A stretch of DNA of 29,586 bases, taken from Gammaproteobacteria bacterium (GTDB lineage Bacteria > Pseudomonadota > Gammaproteobacteria > Steroidobacterales > Woeseiaceae). Both the position numbers and the translations under genes were made by a program. Under the pieces are notes generated by a model. It was not told the origin of the DNA, made no database searches, and saw nothing but the letters and a program-made list of their open reading frames with translations. Positions 17,119 to 26,968 of this stretch are shown in pieces; positions within the stretch are counted from its first letter, which is position 1; every line of letters begins with the position of its first letter. The stretch lies in the NCBI GenBank assembly GCA_013151645.1, contig JAADHU010000003.1, positions 1 through 29,586 of the forward strand, given 5' to 3'.

Positions 17119-18072
17119 TCAGTCGACGTACAGCGAACTCACCGACTCCTCGGCACAGATACGGCGCATCGTTTCAGCAAGCAGTTCCGCGGTCGATAAT
17201 TGGCGGATCTTACTGCAGGCCTGAGCTTCTTCATTCAACGGAATAGTGTCCGTCACCACAACCTCGTCAAGCTCGGACGCCGAGATTCGGGATACGGCGG
17301 GGCCGGACAGAACCGGATGGGTGATGTAGGCATGCACGGTCGCGGCACCCATTTTCTTGAGTGCGCCTGCCGCGTGGCACATGGTGCCAGCGGTATCCAC
17401 CATGTCGTCGATCATCACGCAGTTCTTGCCATCGACCTCGCCAATGATGTTCATGACTTCGGATTGATTCGCCTTGGAACGTCGTTTGTCGATGATGACC
17501 AGATCGGCGTCATCGAGACGCTTGGCCAATGCGCGCGCGCGCACAACGCCGCCCACATCGGGCGACACCACCACCATATCCGCAAATTTCTGTTTCCAGG
17601 CATCGCCCAGTAAAACCGGTGATGCGTAAACATTGTCCACCACGATATCGAAGAAACCCTGAATTTGATCCGCGTGCAAATCAACCGTCAGGACGCGATC
17701 GACACCGGCGACACCAATCAGTTTCGCCACCAGTTTCGCGGTGATTGGCACGCGAGAAGCACGTGGCCGGCGATCCTGCCGTGCAAAACCGAAGTACGGG
17801 ATGACCGCCGTAATGCGCGACGCCGAAGCGCGGCGGCATGCGTCGACCATCACCAGCAGCTCCATCAGGTTTTCAGACGTTGGCGGGCACGTCGATTGCA
17901 CGATAAAGGCCTCGCGACCACGAATGTTCTCGAGAATCTCGACGTTGATCTCGCCGTCGCTGAATCGGCCAACCTGGGCTTTTGCCAGGGGTACATGAAG
18001 AACCCGGGCGATATCCTTGGCCAGTTTGGGGTGCGCATTCCCCGAAAATAACGCCATCGCTGCCGGATCCAC
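17119..18072 (-). CDS. prs: Ribose-phosphate pyrophosphokinase
   Basis: PRPP synthetase motifs, including [27 protein letters not shown] (the PRPP-binding loop). GTG start at 18072 follows an AAGGGAGG SD; an alternative ATG is at 18057. Confidence 0.95.
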   Translation of the reverse strand: MDPAAMALFSGNAHPKLAKDIARVLHVPLAKAQVGRFSDGEINVEILENIRGREAFIVQSTCPPTSENLMELLVMVDACRRASASRITAVIPYFGFARQDRRPRASRVPITAKLVAKLIGVAGVDRVLTVDLHADQIQGFFDIVVDNVYASPVLLGDAWKQKFADMVVVSPDVGGVVRARALAKRLDDADLVIIDKRRSKANQSEVMNIIGEVDGKNCVMIDDMVDTAGTMCHAAGALKKMGAATVHAYITHPVLSGPAVSRISASELDEVVVTDTIPLNEEAQACSKIRQLSTAELLAETMRRICAEESVSSLYVD

Positions 18073-18133
18073 TGCGGTGCCTCCCTTATTGCTTTGTTAC
18101 GGAGTTCGTATCCCGGGCATGATTGATGAGGAA

Positions 18134-18208
18134 CTGGCTGGGGTGGCAGGGATCGAACCTGCGAATGACGGGATCAAAACCCGCTGCCTTACCACTTGGC
18201 TACACCCC
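18134..18208 (-). tRNA. tRNA-Gln (anticodon UUG)
   Basis: Minus-strand sequence TGGGGTGTAGCCAAGTGGTAAGGCAGCGGGTTTTGATCCCGTCATTCGCAGGTTCGATCCCTGCCACCCCAGCCA, close to E. coli tRNA-Gln1. The anticodon loop is TTTTGAT. Confidence 0.9.
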
Positions 18209-18326
18209 AATCGTCTGCTCCGCGTCACCAATGGCGAGAAAATGAGCTCCTGTGTCGCGCGCAATTGTGCGGTTCGACAACGGACGTGTCAATCGGATTT
18301 CAATTCGGACGGGAACCCGGTCCGGG

Positions 18327-18968
18327 CTAGAAAAACGTCCAGCGATCGATCACCAGGCGTACTTTTGCATCACCATTGACTGCAGTTATGCGTCGCGGCA
18401 TCAACTGCCCGCCGCCCTCTCGATATTGGCTGATACTAACCCGCCAGTTTCCTTGCTCGAGACGAACAAGCTGGCCGCTGTCACCGAATTCGGTCACCGC
18501 GGGACCCGCCGGGTCGGGAATGCCGAGGGCCCAGTATCGCAGGCTGGTCACCGGGATTGTCCAGCCATACATCCTGCGAAGATCTTCTTCCGGTCGGGTG
18601 AGCTCGACCTCCCGACCCTCCCTGTCAACGACAGTCACATGCCCGCTATCGCCGTTGATCTTGACCACACCTGCGCCCAGCGGGCCACTGAGCGTCGCCG
18701 AAAAACCGTTCCTGACCTGGTTCCAGCGCAGTTTTCCGTTGAAGCCCTCGGTGCCTGCGCTCACGCCAATGCGGCCTGTAAATGCCCATTCATCGGTGTT
18801 TGAGAGAATGTCCCGCCGTGTGTCCCAGTCGGTCAACGGTGGCAATACCGCGCCGCTGTTTACAGCGCAGGACGAGAGCAGAATTATCCCAAGCGCAATC
18901 GTTGCGAAGCGCGTCAACAACGCATCGCACACTGACTCAATCGGGATTTGACGAAAATTCTCGTTCAC
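18327..18968 (-). CDS. lolB: Outer-membrane lipoprotein LolB
   Basis: Lipobox LLSSC, then LolB-like blocks WAFTGRIGVS and LRYWALGIP. The start is uncertain: the ATG at 18968 overlaps the upstream TPR gene by 32 nt, and an alternative TTG/GTG start lies near 18900. Confidence 0.8.
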   Translation of the reverse strand: MNENFRQIPIESVCDALLTRFATIALGIILLSSCAVNSGAVLPPLTDWDTRRDILSNTDEWAFTGRIGVSAGTEGFNGKLRWNQVRNGFSATLSGPLGAGVVKINGDSGHVTVVDREGREVELTRPEEDLRRMYGWTIPVTSLRYWALGIPDPAGPAVTEFGDSGQLVRLEQGNWRVSISQYREGGGQLMPRRITAVNGDAKVRLVIDRWTFF

Positions 18969-20643
18969 GAAGATTCTTCAGGAGCAGATTGTCGGGACTA
19001 TCAACCTCGGCAGCCGCCAATACTTGCCGCGCTTCATCCATGCGTTCAAGCTTTATCAGCGTCTCGACAATGTGTGCCGCGACCTCTCCGTCGCGAAGCA
19101 AACTGTATGCGCGCTGCAGCTCCGACAACGCACGCTCGTATTTGCCCTGTTTGTACAGGACCCAGCCGTAGCTATCGATGATCGCCGGGCTGTCGGGTTC
19201 AATTTTCAGCGCTTTTCGAATCAACCGCGAAGCCTCTGAATAGCGCGTCGTCCGGTCCGCCAGCGTATAACCGAGTGCGTTTAACGTTGCAGCGCTACCG
19301 GGAAAGAGTTTGATTGCTTTGCGATAGTCGGCCACGGCGTCGTCGATTCGATCCATTCTGACCAGCAACTCTGCTCTTCCCAGCAATACGTTTTCCTGCT
19401 CCGGCCGATACGAGACGACTCGATCGTATATCAGCAACGCTTCCGGGTAGCGTTTCAGCGATGCCAGCAATTGTGCCTGAGCCTGGATCATCGCAACCAT
19501 ATGATTGGGATGCATCTCGCCGAATTCTCGCAAATGCTCCAGCGCAGCATCCACATCTCCCTGAGCGGCGATAAGGCTGCTTGCCCGCCGTTGCGATACC
19601 ACCGCATTCGGCCCACTGGAAATCTGCGAATAAAACTCGATCGCACGCCTCGTCTGCTGACGCTGATCCGCGATACGCGCGAGGTAATAGAGTGCGTCCA
19701 TCGTAAAACGGCCACTGCTTAGCAGGTCCTGGAAATCGTCTGTCGCGGCATCCAGAAAACCCAGCCGAAAATTGATGATCGCCATCAGGCGCAGTGCGTC
19801 TGAACGTGCCGGCTGCTCCAGCAAGATCTGATTGACCTGGCTCAGAGCGTCATCGTCACGCCCGGCGGAGAGGTACATGATCGCAAGTTCAAGACGCGCT
19901 GCCGGATCCGGGTCCGCGTCGTCACCGACTAACCGCGCAACGTAGGCAATGGCCGCGTCCGCATCGCCAGCAAGCAATAGCGAGCGAGCGTACACAAGGC
20001 GCGGTTTCAACCACTCCGGATCGATTTCGATCGCCCTCTTCGCTTCGCTGCCCGCTCGGTCAGCTTCCTCGGCCTGCAGCGCCATAACCGCAACCGCGTA
20101 GTGAGCCTGGGCTGAGTTCCGGTACGGTCTGGCCAGATCTCGCATGAGTTTAAGGGCATCATCCGCATCTTCCTGCGCGAGGAAAGGGATGAACGTCATG
20201 AGTTTCTTGTCTGCCTCGCCACCGCCTCTGTTTAACAATGTGCGGAAACTGCGTTTGGCGTCGCGCAGCTTGCCAAGCCTGAGCTCAAGTTGCGCGACAT
20301 AGAGAAGCGCCTCATCGCTGTCTTCGTCCAACTCGACCCAGCGCCTGGCGGATGCGAGCGCATCCTCGGAAAAACCATAGCTGTAGGCCACCCGGGTCGC
20401 CTGCATCGCTGTTTTCGCCTCAGAGCTGTATTGGGCGGCAAGGCGAAATTCGGCCGCCGCACGATCAAATTCGTGTTGCTTGAGGGCCAGTTCGCCTGCC
20501 TCGATGTGGGCGCGGACACGCTCATTCTCCAGCCCCTGGGCCGCAATGGGCGTGTACAGAAAACAGGCCATCAGTATCGCAGGCAACAGGCGGGCACCGT
20601 AATCACGTCCAATACGGGCAGTAAAAGGCAGCTTATGAGTCAT
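18937..20643 (-). CDS. Tetratricopeptide-repeat protein with signal peptide (PA4667-like, upstream of lolB)
   Basis: Repeated TPR-like helical pairs run throughout. N-terminal signal-like LLPAILMACFLYTPIAAQG. Start set at the internal MTHKLPF. Conserved position between hemA and lolB. Confidence 0.8.
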   Translation of the reverse strand: MTHKLPFTARIGRDYGARLLPAILMACFLYTPIAAQGLENERVRAHIEAGELALKQHEFDRAAAEFRLAAQYSSEAKTAMQATRVAYSYGFSEDALASARRWVELDEDSDEALLYVAQLELRLGKLRDAKRSFRTLLNRGGGEADKKLMTFIPFLAQEDADDALKLMRDLARPYRNSAQAHYAVAVMALQAEEADRAGSEAKRAIEIDPEWLKPRLVYARSLLLAGDADAAIAYVARLVGDDADPDPAARLELAIMYLSAGRDDDALSQVNQILLEQPARSDALRLMAIINFRLGFLDAATDDFQDLLSSGRFTMDALYYLARIADQRQQTRRAIEFYSQISSGPNAVVSQRRASSLIAAQGDVDAALEHLREFGEMHPNHMVAMIQAQAQLLASLKRYPEALLIYDRVVSYRPEQENVLLGRAELLVRMDRIDDAVADYRKAIKLFPGSAATLNALGYTLADRTTRYSEASRLIRKALKIEPDSPAIIDSYGWVLYKQGKYERALSELQRAYSLLRDGEVAAHIVETLIKLERMDEARQVLAAAEVDSPDNLLLKNLREREFSSNPD

Positions 20644-20747
20644 ACTTGTAAGGAATTTTCTTCGTCGAGGCGAACACAGACAGGGAACTGGATCATCAGT
20701 TCGCTTATGATACGCACTCTTTTCGATCCGTACACCCGAATAACCTG

Positions 20748-22007
20748 ATGTCACTCAAAATTTTAGGCCTGAACCATAGCACGGCACCTGTCGAAATACG
20801 CGAGCAGGTGGTCTATGCCGGCGATGACATTCCGCGTGCGCTGGCGGCGCTCGTGACGCTTGATGATGTGCGCGAGGCGGTCGTGCTTTCCACTTGCAAT
20901 CGGACCGAATTTTACATTGCCGCTGGCAACAACGGTACCGACGAACTGGCTGACTGGCTCAAGTCGGACCAGGACCTGGGTTCCACCGCCGAAGCAGCGC
21001 TATTTACGCTGGAGGGTGACGACGCTATTCAACATCTGTTTCGAGTGGCGTGTGGACTGGAATCGATGGTGCTTGGCGAACCACAGGTTCTCGGTCAGCT
21101 AAAAGACGCTTTCCGTCACGCGGAAAAACAAGGTACCGTCGGTCCTGCCCTGACACGCCTGTTTCATCATACGTTTTCAGTGGCCAAGAAGGTCCGTACG
21201 GACACCGAGATCGGTGCCAGCCCGGTTTCGGTCGCCTATGCCGCCGTCAATCTCGCTAACCAGTTTTTCGCCGGCTTCAGTCAGCATACGGCATTGCTAA
21301 TTGGCGCTGGCATGACCATGCAGCTGGTCGCGAAGCATCTTGTCGGAAAAGGCATTGGGCGCCTGTTCGTCGCCAACCGTGACATTGGCCGAGCACAGGA
21401 ACTCGCCAACGAATTCGGCGGTTACGCCCTGCCCCTGTCGGAAATCGACGGTACGCTGGAAGACGCAGACATCCTCATCAGCTCCACGGCCAGCCCCAAC
21501 TACATCGTCACGCGGGAGCAAATGGTCAAGGCGATCAAGGCAAGGAAACGCAAGCCGGTATTTGCGGTCGATATCGCCGTACCCCGGGATCTGGACCCCG
21601 AAATCAATGAACTGAACGATGTGTACCTTTACACGATCGACGATCTCGACAAGGTCATCCTCGAAGGTCAGGGCAATCGCGAAGCAGCGGTAGTGGACGC
21701 GAAAAGGATTCTGCAGGATGAAACCGAACGCTACCTGGAAATCGAACGAAGCAAGGACGTCGCACCCGTCATTACGGCGATTCGTGACTACGGCGATGCG
21801 CTAAGGGATGAAGTCCTGCAAAAGGGCCTGCGGCGACTGCGCAAGGGCTCTGACAGTGAAGAAGTACTGGAATACGTGACGGCGGCTTTGCTGAAAAAAC
21901 TGCTGCACCAACCCAGTGTTCGCCTTCGCGAAGCGGGCGAAGACGCCGACAAAGCGTTTATCGCCATGGCTCGCGAACTATTTAATCTCAAAGACGAGCG
22001 AGAATAA
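20748..22007 (+). CDS. hemA: Glutamyl-tRNA reductase
   Basis: Starts [19 protein letters not shown] and includes the active-site region [11 protein letters not shown] and the NADPH-binding segment [13 protein letters not shown]. Confidence 0.95.
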   Translation: MSLKILGLNHSTAPVEIREQVVYAGDDIPRALAALVTLDDVREAVVLSTCNRTEFYIAAGNNGTDELADWLKSDQDLGSTAEAALFTLEGDDAIQHLFRVACGLESMVLGEPQVLGQLKDAFRHAEKQGTVGPALTRLFHHTFSVAKKVRTDTEIGASPVSVAYAAVNLANQFFAGFSQHTALLIGAGMTMQLVAKHLVGKGIGRLFVANRDIGRAQELANEFGGYALPLSEIDGTLEDADILISSTASPNYIVTREQMVKAIKARKRKPVFAVDIAVPRDLDPEINELNDVYLYTIDDLDKVILEGQGNREAAVVDAKRILQDETERYLEIERSKDVAPVITAIRDYGDALRDEVLQKGLRRLRKGSDSEEVLEYVTAALLKKLLHQPSVRLREAGEDADKAFIAMARELFNLKDERE

Positions 22008-22011
22008 TCGC

Positions 22012-23094
22012 GTGAAAGACTCCGTACGCAACAAACTGGAAAACACGCGTGACCGGCATGAGGAAGTGGCTGGCCTGATGGCGGACCCCGGCGTGATCGC
22101 CGACCAGAATCAGTTTCGCGAGCTTTCGCGGGAATACGCACGCCTTGACCCGATTGTCGCCCGATTCGGCCGATTCGAAGCATTAAGCGCGGATCTCGTC
22201 GCGGCCGGAGAAATGGCAAACGATGCCGATGCCGACGTCCGCCAAATGGGCGAAGAGGAACTTGCGTCCCTCAGCGAAGAACGAGACGCGATCCTGGTCG
22301 AGCTGCAGAAATCGCTGATTCCTCCGGACCCGCACGATGACAGCAACGTCTTCCTCGAGGTCCGCGCGGGCACGGGAGGCGACGAAGCAGCCATCTTCGC
22401 AGGCGACTTGTTCCGTATGTACGCCAAATACGCAGAAACGCGAAAATGGTCGCTGGAAATCATCAGTGCGCGCGAAGGCGATCACGGCGGCTACAAGGAA
22501 ATCATCTGCCGCATTTCCGGTGACGGAATTTTCGCACGGCTAAAATTCGAATCGGGCGCGCACCGCGTACAGCGCGTGCCGACAACCGAGTCCCAGGGAC
22601 GCATACACACATCGGCCTGCACGGTTGCCGTTTTACCCGAACCGGACGCAGTAGAGGAAACCGACATCAATCCCGCCGATTTACGCGTGGATACTTACCG
22701 GGCCTCGGGTGCGGGCGGGCAGCACGTTAACAAGACGGATTCCGCCGTGCGCCTGACGCACCTGCCAAGCGGTATCGTGGTCGAGTGCCAGGACGAACGT
22801 TCACAGCACAAGAACAAAGCCCGCGCCCTGTCTTTACTGCAAGCGAAGTTGCTGGACGCCGAATTATCGGCGCGTGCCAGCGAACAGGCCGAGCGTCGCA
22901 AACTGCAGGTGGGGACCGGCGATCGCTCGGAGCGCATCCGAACGTACAACTATCCGCAAGGACGGGTCACCGATCACCGCATCAACCTCACTCTGTATAA
23001 GCTCGCTGAAATACTGGAAGGCGACCTCGACCAGGTCATCGAGCCGCTGTTCAATGAATACCAGGCCGACCAGCTGGCGGCGCTGGGCGAGTAA
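22012..23094 (+). CDS. prfA: Peptide chain release factor 1
   Basis: GTG start 5 nt after the hemA stop. GGQ motif ([18 protein letters not shown]) and PxT-domain region are present. Confidence 0.95.
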   Translation: MKDSVRNKLENTRDRHEEVAGLMADPGVIADQNQFRELSREYARLDPIVARFGRFEALSADLVAAGEMANDADADVRQMGEEELASLSEERDAILVELQKSLIPPDPHDDSNVFLEVRAGTGGDEAAIFAGDLFRMYAKYAETRKWSLEIISAREGDHGGYKEIICRISGDGIFARLKFESGAHRVQRVPTTESQGRIHTSACTVAVLPEPDAVEETDINPADLRVDTYRASGAGGQHVNKTDSAVRLTHLPSGIVVECQDERSQHKNKARALSLLQAKLLDAELSARASEQAERRKLQVGTGDRSERIRTYNYPQGRVTDHRINLTLYKLAEILEGDLDQVIEPLFNEYQADQLAALGE

Positions 23095-23120
23095 GCCGTC
23101 TTACCCGCGCAAGCGGGTCC

Positions 23121-23500
23121 CGACGCACGACCGGGCTCAAGAGGATCGCGTCTCAGGTGACGCTCCTACAGTTTGTCCCATTGCCACTCCTGCAGGAGCG
23201 TGACCTGACGCGCGACCAAGCTCAAGAGGTCGCCTCTCAGGTGACGCTCCTACAGTTTGTCCCATTGCCACTCCTGCAGGAGCGTGACCTGACACACGAC
23301 CGGGCTCAAGAGGATAGCCTCTCAGGTGACGCTCCTACAATTATTCTACTGGCACTCCTGTAGGAGCGTGACCTGACGCGCGACCAGGCTCAAGAGGTCG
23401 CCTCTCAGGTGACGCCCCTACAGTTTGTCCCATTGCCACTCCTGTAGGAGCGTGACCTGACGCGCGACCAGGCTCAAGAGGATCGCCTCTCAGGTGACGC
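23121..23500. repeat. Tandem array of about 4.5 copies of an 84-86-bp palindromic repeat unit, each containing a roughly 19-bp-stem hairpin
   Basis: Units begin at 23121, 23207, 23291, 23375 and 23459. Each has TCAGGTGACGCTCCTACAG - 18-22-nt loop - CTG(C/T)AGGAGCGTGACCTGA plus a small AGAGG-tcg-CCTCT hairpin. Units are over 90% identical with no unique spacers. The array lies between the convergent prfA and CBS gene ends. Confidence 0.85.
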
Positions 23501-23521
23501 TTACGATCGTTACCGGCTTGC

Positions 23522-24886
23522 TTACATCTGCTTGCGCAGGTAATTGAGTACGTCGGAGCGGGTAATCAATCCCAGAAACTGCTCACCGTCCATTACGGCG
23601 GCGTACGGCTGCACGTGCAACATCGCCACGAGGTTATTAACACTCGTGTTCTTGTCGAGCTGAATGAACGCGGTTTGCATACCTTCACTGACACAGGAAT
23701 TCATCAGTTCGGGTTTGCCAAAAACGAGACGAATAATGGCGTCTTCCGTCAGCACACCGACCAGCTTGCCGTCTTCCATGACTGGTAGCTGTGAAAAACC
23801 GGCGTTTCTCAGACGATTGTGTGCCGTCGTCAGCGCATCCCTCGGGCTGACGGTAATGGTGGCCCTTTGTCCGTGCAATCGTCCTATCAGGTCACGTAAA
23901 TCGCCGTATTGCTCGCGCTCGATAAACCCCTGATCTTCCAGCCAGAAGTCGTTGTACAGTTTCGACAGGTATTTGTTGCCCGTGTCGCAGACAAAACTGA
24001 CGACGCGCCGGGCTTCCGTCTGCTCACGACAATACTTAAGCGCCGCACAGATCAAAGTGCCGCTGGACGAACCCGCCAGCAAACCCTCTTTTTTCAACAA
24101 TTCACGGGCTGTGCCGAACGACTCCGCATCGGAAATGCTGTAAGCCTTTTTAACCTGGCTAAAATCGGCGATAGACGGTATAAAATCTTCACCAATTCCC
24201 TCGACCAGCCAACTGCCGTTTTTTTCGTGCAATTCACCTTCGTTGATGTAATCCGCGAGGATTGATCCCACCGGGTCCGCAAGAATCAAATCGACATCGG
24301 GTGCGTTTTTCGCCAGGAATTTGCTCAGGCCGGAAACCGTCCCGCTCGAACCCACGCCGAGCACGATAGCGTCAAGATCGCCGTCCATCTGCTGCAGAAT
24401 CTCCGGTCCCGTGGTCAATTCATGTGCCAAAGGGTTGTCCGGGTTGCCGAACTGATTGATGAAGTACGCCCCTTTCTCTTCGGCAATACTTAGGCCCAGA
24501 TCCTGGTAGTACTCGGGATGTCCTTTCGCTACATCGGAGCGGGTCAAGACGACCTCGGCACCCATCGCCCGCAGATTGAAAATCTTTTCCTGGCTCATCT
24601 TGTCGGGAAGAACAAGAATCAGGTTGTACCCTTTTTGCGCCGCCACCAACGCGAGGCCCAGTCCGGTATTTCCGGCGGTCGCCTCAACGATCGTATCGCC
24701 GCGTTTGATATCCCCCCGTTTTTCCGCCTGCTCAATCATGGATACGCCGATTCGGTCCTTGATTGAGCCAGCCGGGTTGAGGAGTTCGAGTTTGAGAAAC
24801 AGGCGGCACGGTCCGGTGTCGATATGGGTCACTTCGAGCATCGGGGTCTGACCGACCATATCGAGAATATTCGAGAATACGTTCAT
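23522..24886 (-). CDS. Cystathionine beta-synthase (PLP-dependent, cysteine-synthase fold plus C-terminal CBS-domain pair)
   Basis: PLP-lysine region LELLNPAGSIKDRIG and glycine loop GSSSGT. The C-terminal roughly 120 aa form tandem CBS/Bateman motifs. Start set at MNVFSNIL. Confidence 0.85.
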   Translation of the reverse strand: MNVFSNILDMVGQTPMLEVTHIDTGPCRLFLKLELLNPAGSIKDRIGVSMIEQAEKRGDIKRGDTIVEATAGNTGLGLALVAAQKGYNLILVLPDKMSQEKIFNLRAMGAEVVLTRSDVAKGHPEYYQDLGLSIAEEKGAYFINQFGNPDNPLAHELTTGPEILQQMDGDLDAIVLGVGSSGTVSGLSKFLAKNAPDVDLILADPVGSILADYINEGELHEKNGSWLVEGIGEDFIPSIADFSQVKKAYSISDAESFGTARELLKKEGLLAGSSSGTLICAALKYCREQTEARRVVSFVCDTGNKYLSKLYNDFWLEDQGFIEREQYGDLRDLIGRLHGQRATITVSPRDALTTAHNRLRNAGFSQLPVMEDGKLVGVLTEDAIIRLVFGKPELMNSCVSEGMQTAFIQLDKNTSVNNLVAMLHVQPYAAVMDGEQFLGLITRSDVLNYLRKQM

Positions 24887-24958
24887 TGAAGGTACTGCTT
24901 CTTTTCGAAGGGGCTGCAATACTACGCGAACGACACAGTCTACGGCCAGAAAACCGCT

Positions 24959-25819
24959 ATGGCGATTAACATAGAATCCGCATTGGTAAGTGCGACCCGG
25001 GCGTTACAGGGCGTGAGCGACTCGCCGCGTCTCGATGCCGAGTTGTTGTTGATGTTCGTGCTGGAAGTACCGAGAAGCCACCTGTTTGCGCACCCGGACA
25101 GGGAACTGGACAGGAGGGATGATGCCCGACTACGGTCATTGCTTGAACGCCGGCTCAAACACGAACCGGTCGCGTATCTGACCGGCGAAAAAGAATTCTG
25201 GTCGTTGTCGCTGCAGGTCACCCCGGCGACGCTCGTTCCTCGCCCTGAAACCGAACGGCTGGTGGAAGCGGCGCTGACGCTCATTCAGCCGAATGCGAAC
25301 GTAGCTGTTCTTGACCTGGGCACCGGCAGCGGCGCCATCGCGATTGCCATTTCGAGCGAGCGTCCGCAATGCCACATCGTAGCCACGGATCGTAGTGCGT
25401 CGGCATTGAGCGTTGCGACCGCTAACGCCGTACGGCACGAACTGACCAACATATCGTTTCAACAAGGCGACTGGCTGGAAGCGGTGGCCGGCGAAACCTT
25501 CGATATTATCGTTTCCAACCCCCCTTACATTGCCAGCGACGACACGGCACTCGCACAACTGCCCTGCGAACCACGAAGCGCGCTAGCCTCCGGCAAACAC
25601 GGCCTGGACGCCATTCGCCGTATCGCTGCTGACTCAGGCCGTCACCTCGTCAGCGGCGGCACCCTGCTCCTCGAACATGGCGCCGACCAGCAAGAATCGG
25701 TCGCACGAATTCTGGCGGGGCAGAATTGGCGGAATATTCAATGCCTGTCCGATCTGTGCGGCCTGCCGCGCGTAACGCGTGCTATGTGGCAATCGCCCGG
25801 AGAATCAGAGGTTCCCTAA
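24959..25819 (+). CDS. prmC: Release factor glutamine N5-methyltransferase PrmC (HemK)
   Basis: NPPY motif (IVSNPPYIA), SAM-binding VLDLGTGSGAIAIA, and a HemK N-terminal domain. Confidence 0.9.
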   Translation: MAINIESALVSATRALQGVSDSPRLDAELLLMFVLEVPRSHLFAHPDRELDRRDDARLRSLLERRLKHEPVAYLTGEKEFWSLSLQVTPATLVPRPETERLVEAALTLIQPNANVAVLDLGTGSGAIAIAISSERPQCHIVATDRSASALSVATANAVRHELTNISFQQGDWLEAVAGETFDIIVSNPPYIASDDTALAQLPCEPRSALASGKHGLDAIRRIAADSGRHLVSGGTLLLEHGADQQESVARILAGQNWRNIQCLSDLCGLPRVTRAMWQSPGESEVP

Positions 25820-26775
25820 CGCACCAACTCGGTTTGCGGATGGAAAGTGAACCAGGCAAACCAGAACACACGGGTTGGGGCAAAGCGTTCGGCTGAAGCG
25901 CCATCGACGAGCGTGACCGCCCCGTCCTCAGCCACGATGACGGTCAACTCGCGACCGTTCAGCGTGTGACTGACCTTGCTCGATCGCTGCAACAGTGCTT
26001 CGGTAAAGGCGATGGTCTCCTGACCAAGATCAAAGCCGAACACGACTTCCTTCGGTCGAATGACGTCGTTCGTTCGGCTGACGGGAAACATCAGGCGCTC
26101 GTCCTGCCGATACTTTGCGTAGTAGTCCTGCGTGTAATCTCGGCCGGCACCCTGATCGGCTGACAGGACCAGCGTTTCCGGATGGGCTGCTTTCCAGCGC
26201 CCCCAACGTGTCACAGTAATCGGTACCAGCTCCAGCTTCTCGCCGGTCAGCGGGCCGACAATACCTTCCGCGGCGATCTGGTCCCACAGCGTTTCCGTCG
26301 TCCGGTCATAAAAAACCAGCGCGCTGTTGTACAACAAACCCGATACACCGAACTCCGTGACCTGGCCGTTGATCTTGCGCAGCACACCAACAGCGGAACC
26401 GCAGAGTGGACAATACGTCACCGCGATGGGCGTGCCGCCGACGACATCATTGACGATTTCGTGCTGATCCAGAATCCTCGAAGGATAGGCGCGATACTCG
26501 CCCTGCCAGGATAACGCCAGCACAATGTCATTGTCAGTCAGATGGCTTGCTGCGGACGCGCTGACGAATCTCGGTTTATCGATCGACGGAATGCAGTCTC
26601 GCGCCGAACAACCCTGCCGCAACTGATCCAGTGCAACCGATTTCCGGGTCGAATCATCGAAACCGAAGGTATCGGCGAGAATATCGGTCGCCCGACTGTT
26701 CTGCGCCAATACCAGGCCTGCCAGCAAAAGGAAGCAAACCGGAAACAGCCGGCGCGAATAAAACGGAGCGGACAT
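25816..26775 (-). CDS. Secreted DUF3179-like protein
   Basis: Signal peptide (LFPVCFLLLAGLVLA). Blocks TYCPLCGS and VFWFAWFTFHP resemble the DUF3179 family. Overlaps the prmC stop by 4 nt, in convergent orientation. Confidence 0.55.
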   Translation of the reverse strand: MSAPFYSRRLFPVCFLLLAGLVLAQNSRATDILADTFGFDDSTRKSVALDQLRQGCSARDCIPSIDKPRFVSASAASHLTDNDIVLALSWQGEYRAYPSRILDQHEIVNDVVGGTPIAVTYCPLCGSAVGVLRKINGQVTEFGVSGLLYNSALVFYDRTTETLWDQIAAEGIVGPLTGEKLELVPITVTRWGRWKAAHPETLVLSADQGAGRDYTQDYYAKYRQDERLMFPVSRTNDVIRPKEVVFGFDLGQETIAFTEALLQRSSKVSHTLNGRELTVIVAEDGAVTLVDGASAERFAPTRVFWFAWFTFHPQTELVR

Positions 26776-26890
26776 TGAGTTACTCCTGCAAATTTACTGA
26801 AAAGAATTCCGCCGATCAATCGCGCAACTGTTGATCGGCTCTTAGCAGGAGACCCTGACGATCAGTCGATTATTTCACCGGGTCCGGCTG

Positions 26891-26968
26891 TTGCGAAGAT
26901 TCGCAACGCCGAAGCTGGATATTTTCAAAGGCAGGATGCGAGTTCAGAATTAATCAGAGGTTCCCTAG
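26891..26968. repeat. Partial (right-half) copy of the MITE-like element of 6033-6197, ending in a TIR plus TA that overlaps the stop codon of the 26965-28125 gene
   Basis: 78 nt align at about 88% to 6121-6198, including the internal hairpin TTGCGAA-gat-TTCGCAA and the TIR GAATTAATCAGAGGTTCCC followed by TA. Confidence 0.45.

Noticed and set aside
18252-18951. Plus-strand ORFs (183 and 191 aa) that might have been ispE
   Set aside because: They are antisense to lolB, Ser/Pro/Arg-rich, and show no GHMP-kinase motifs. ispE is absent rather than hidden here.
23121-23500. Considered whether the tandem repeats form a CRISPR array
   Set aside because: Units abut directly with no unique spacers, and they are 84-86 bp long rather than 28-37-bp repeats separated by spacers. 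No cas genes are in the window. The six-frame ORF 23157-23363 is a repeat-derived artefact (MTLLQFVPLPLLQERDLT repeated).
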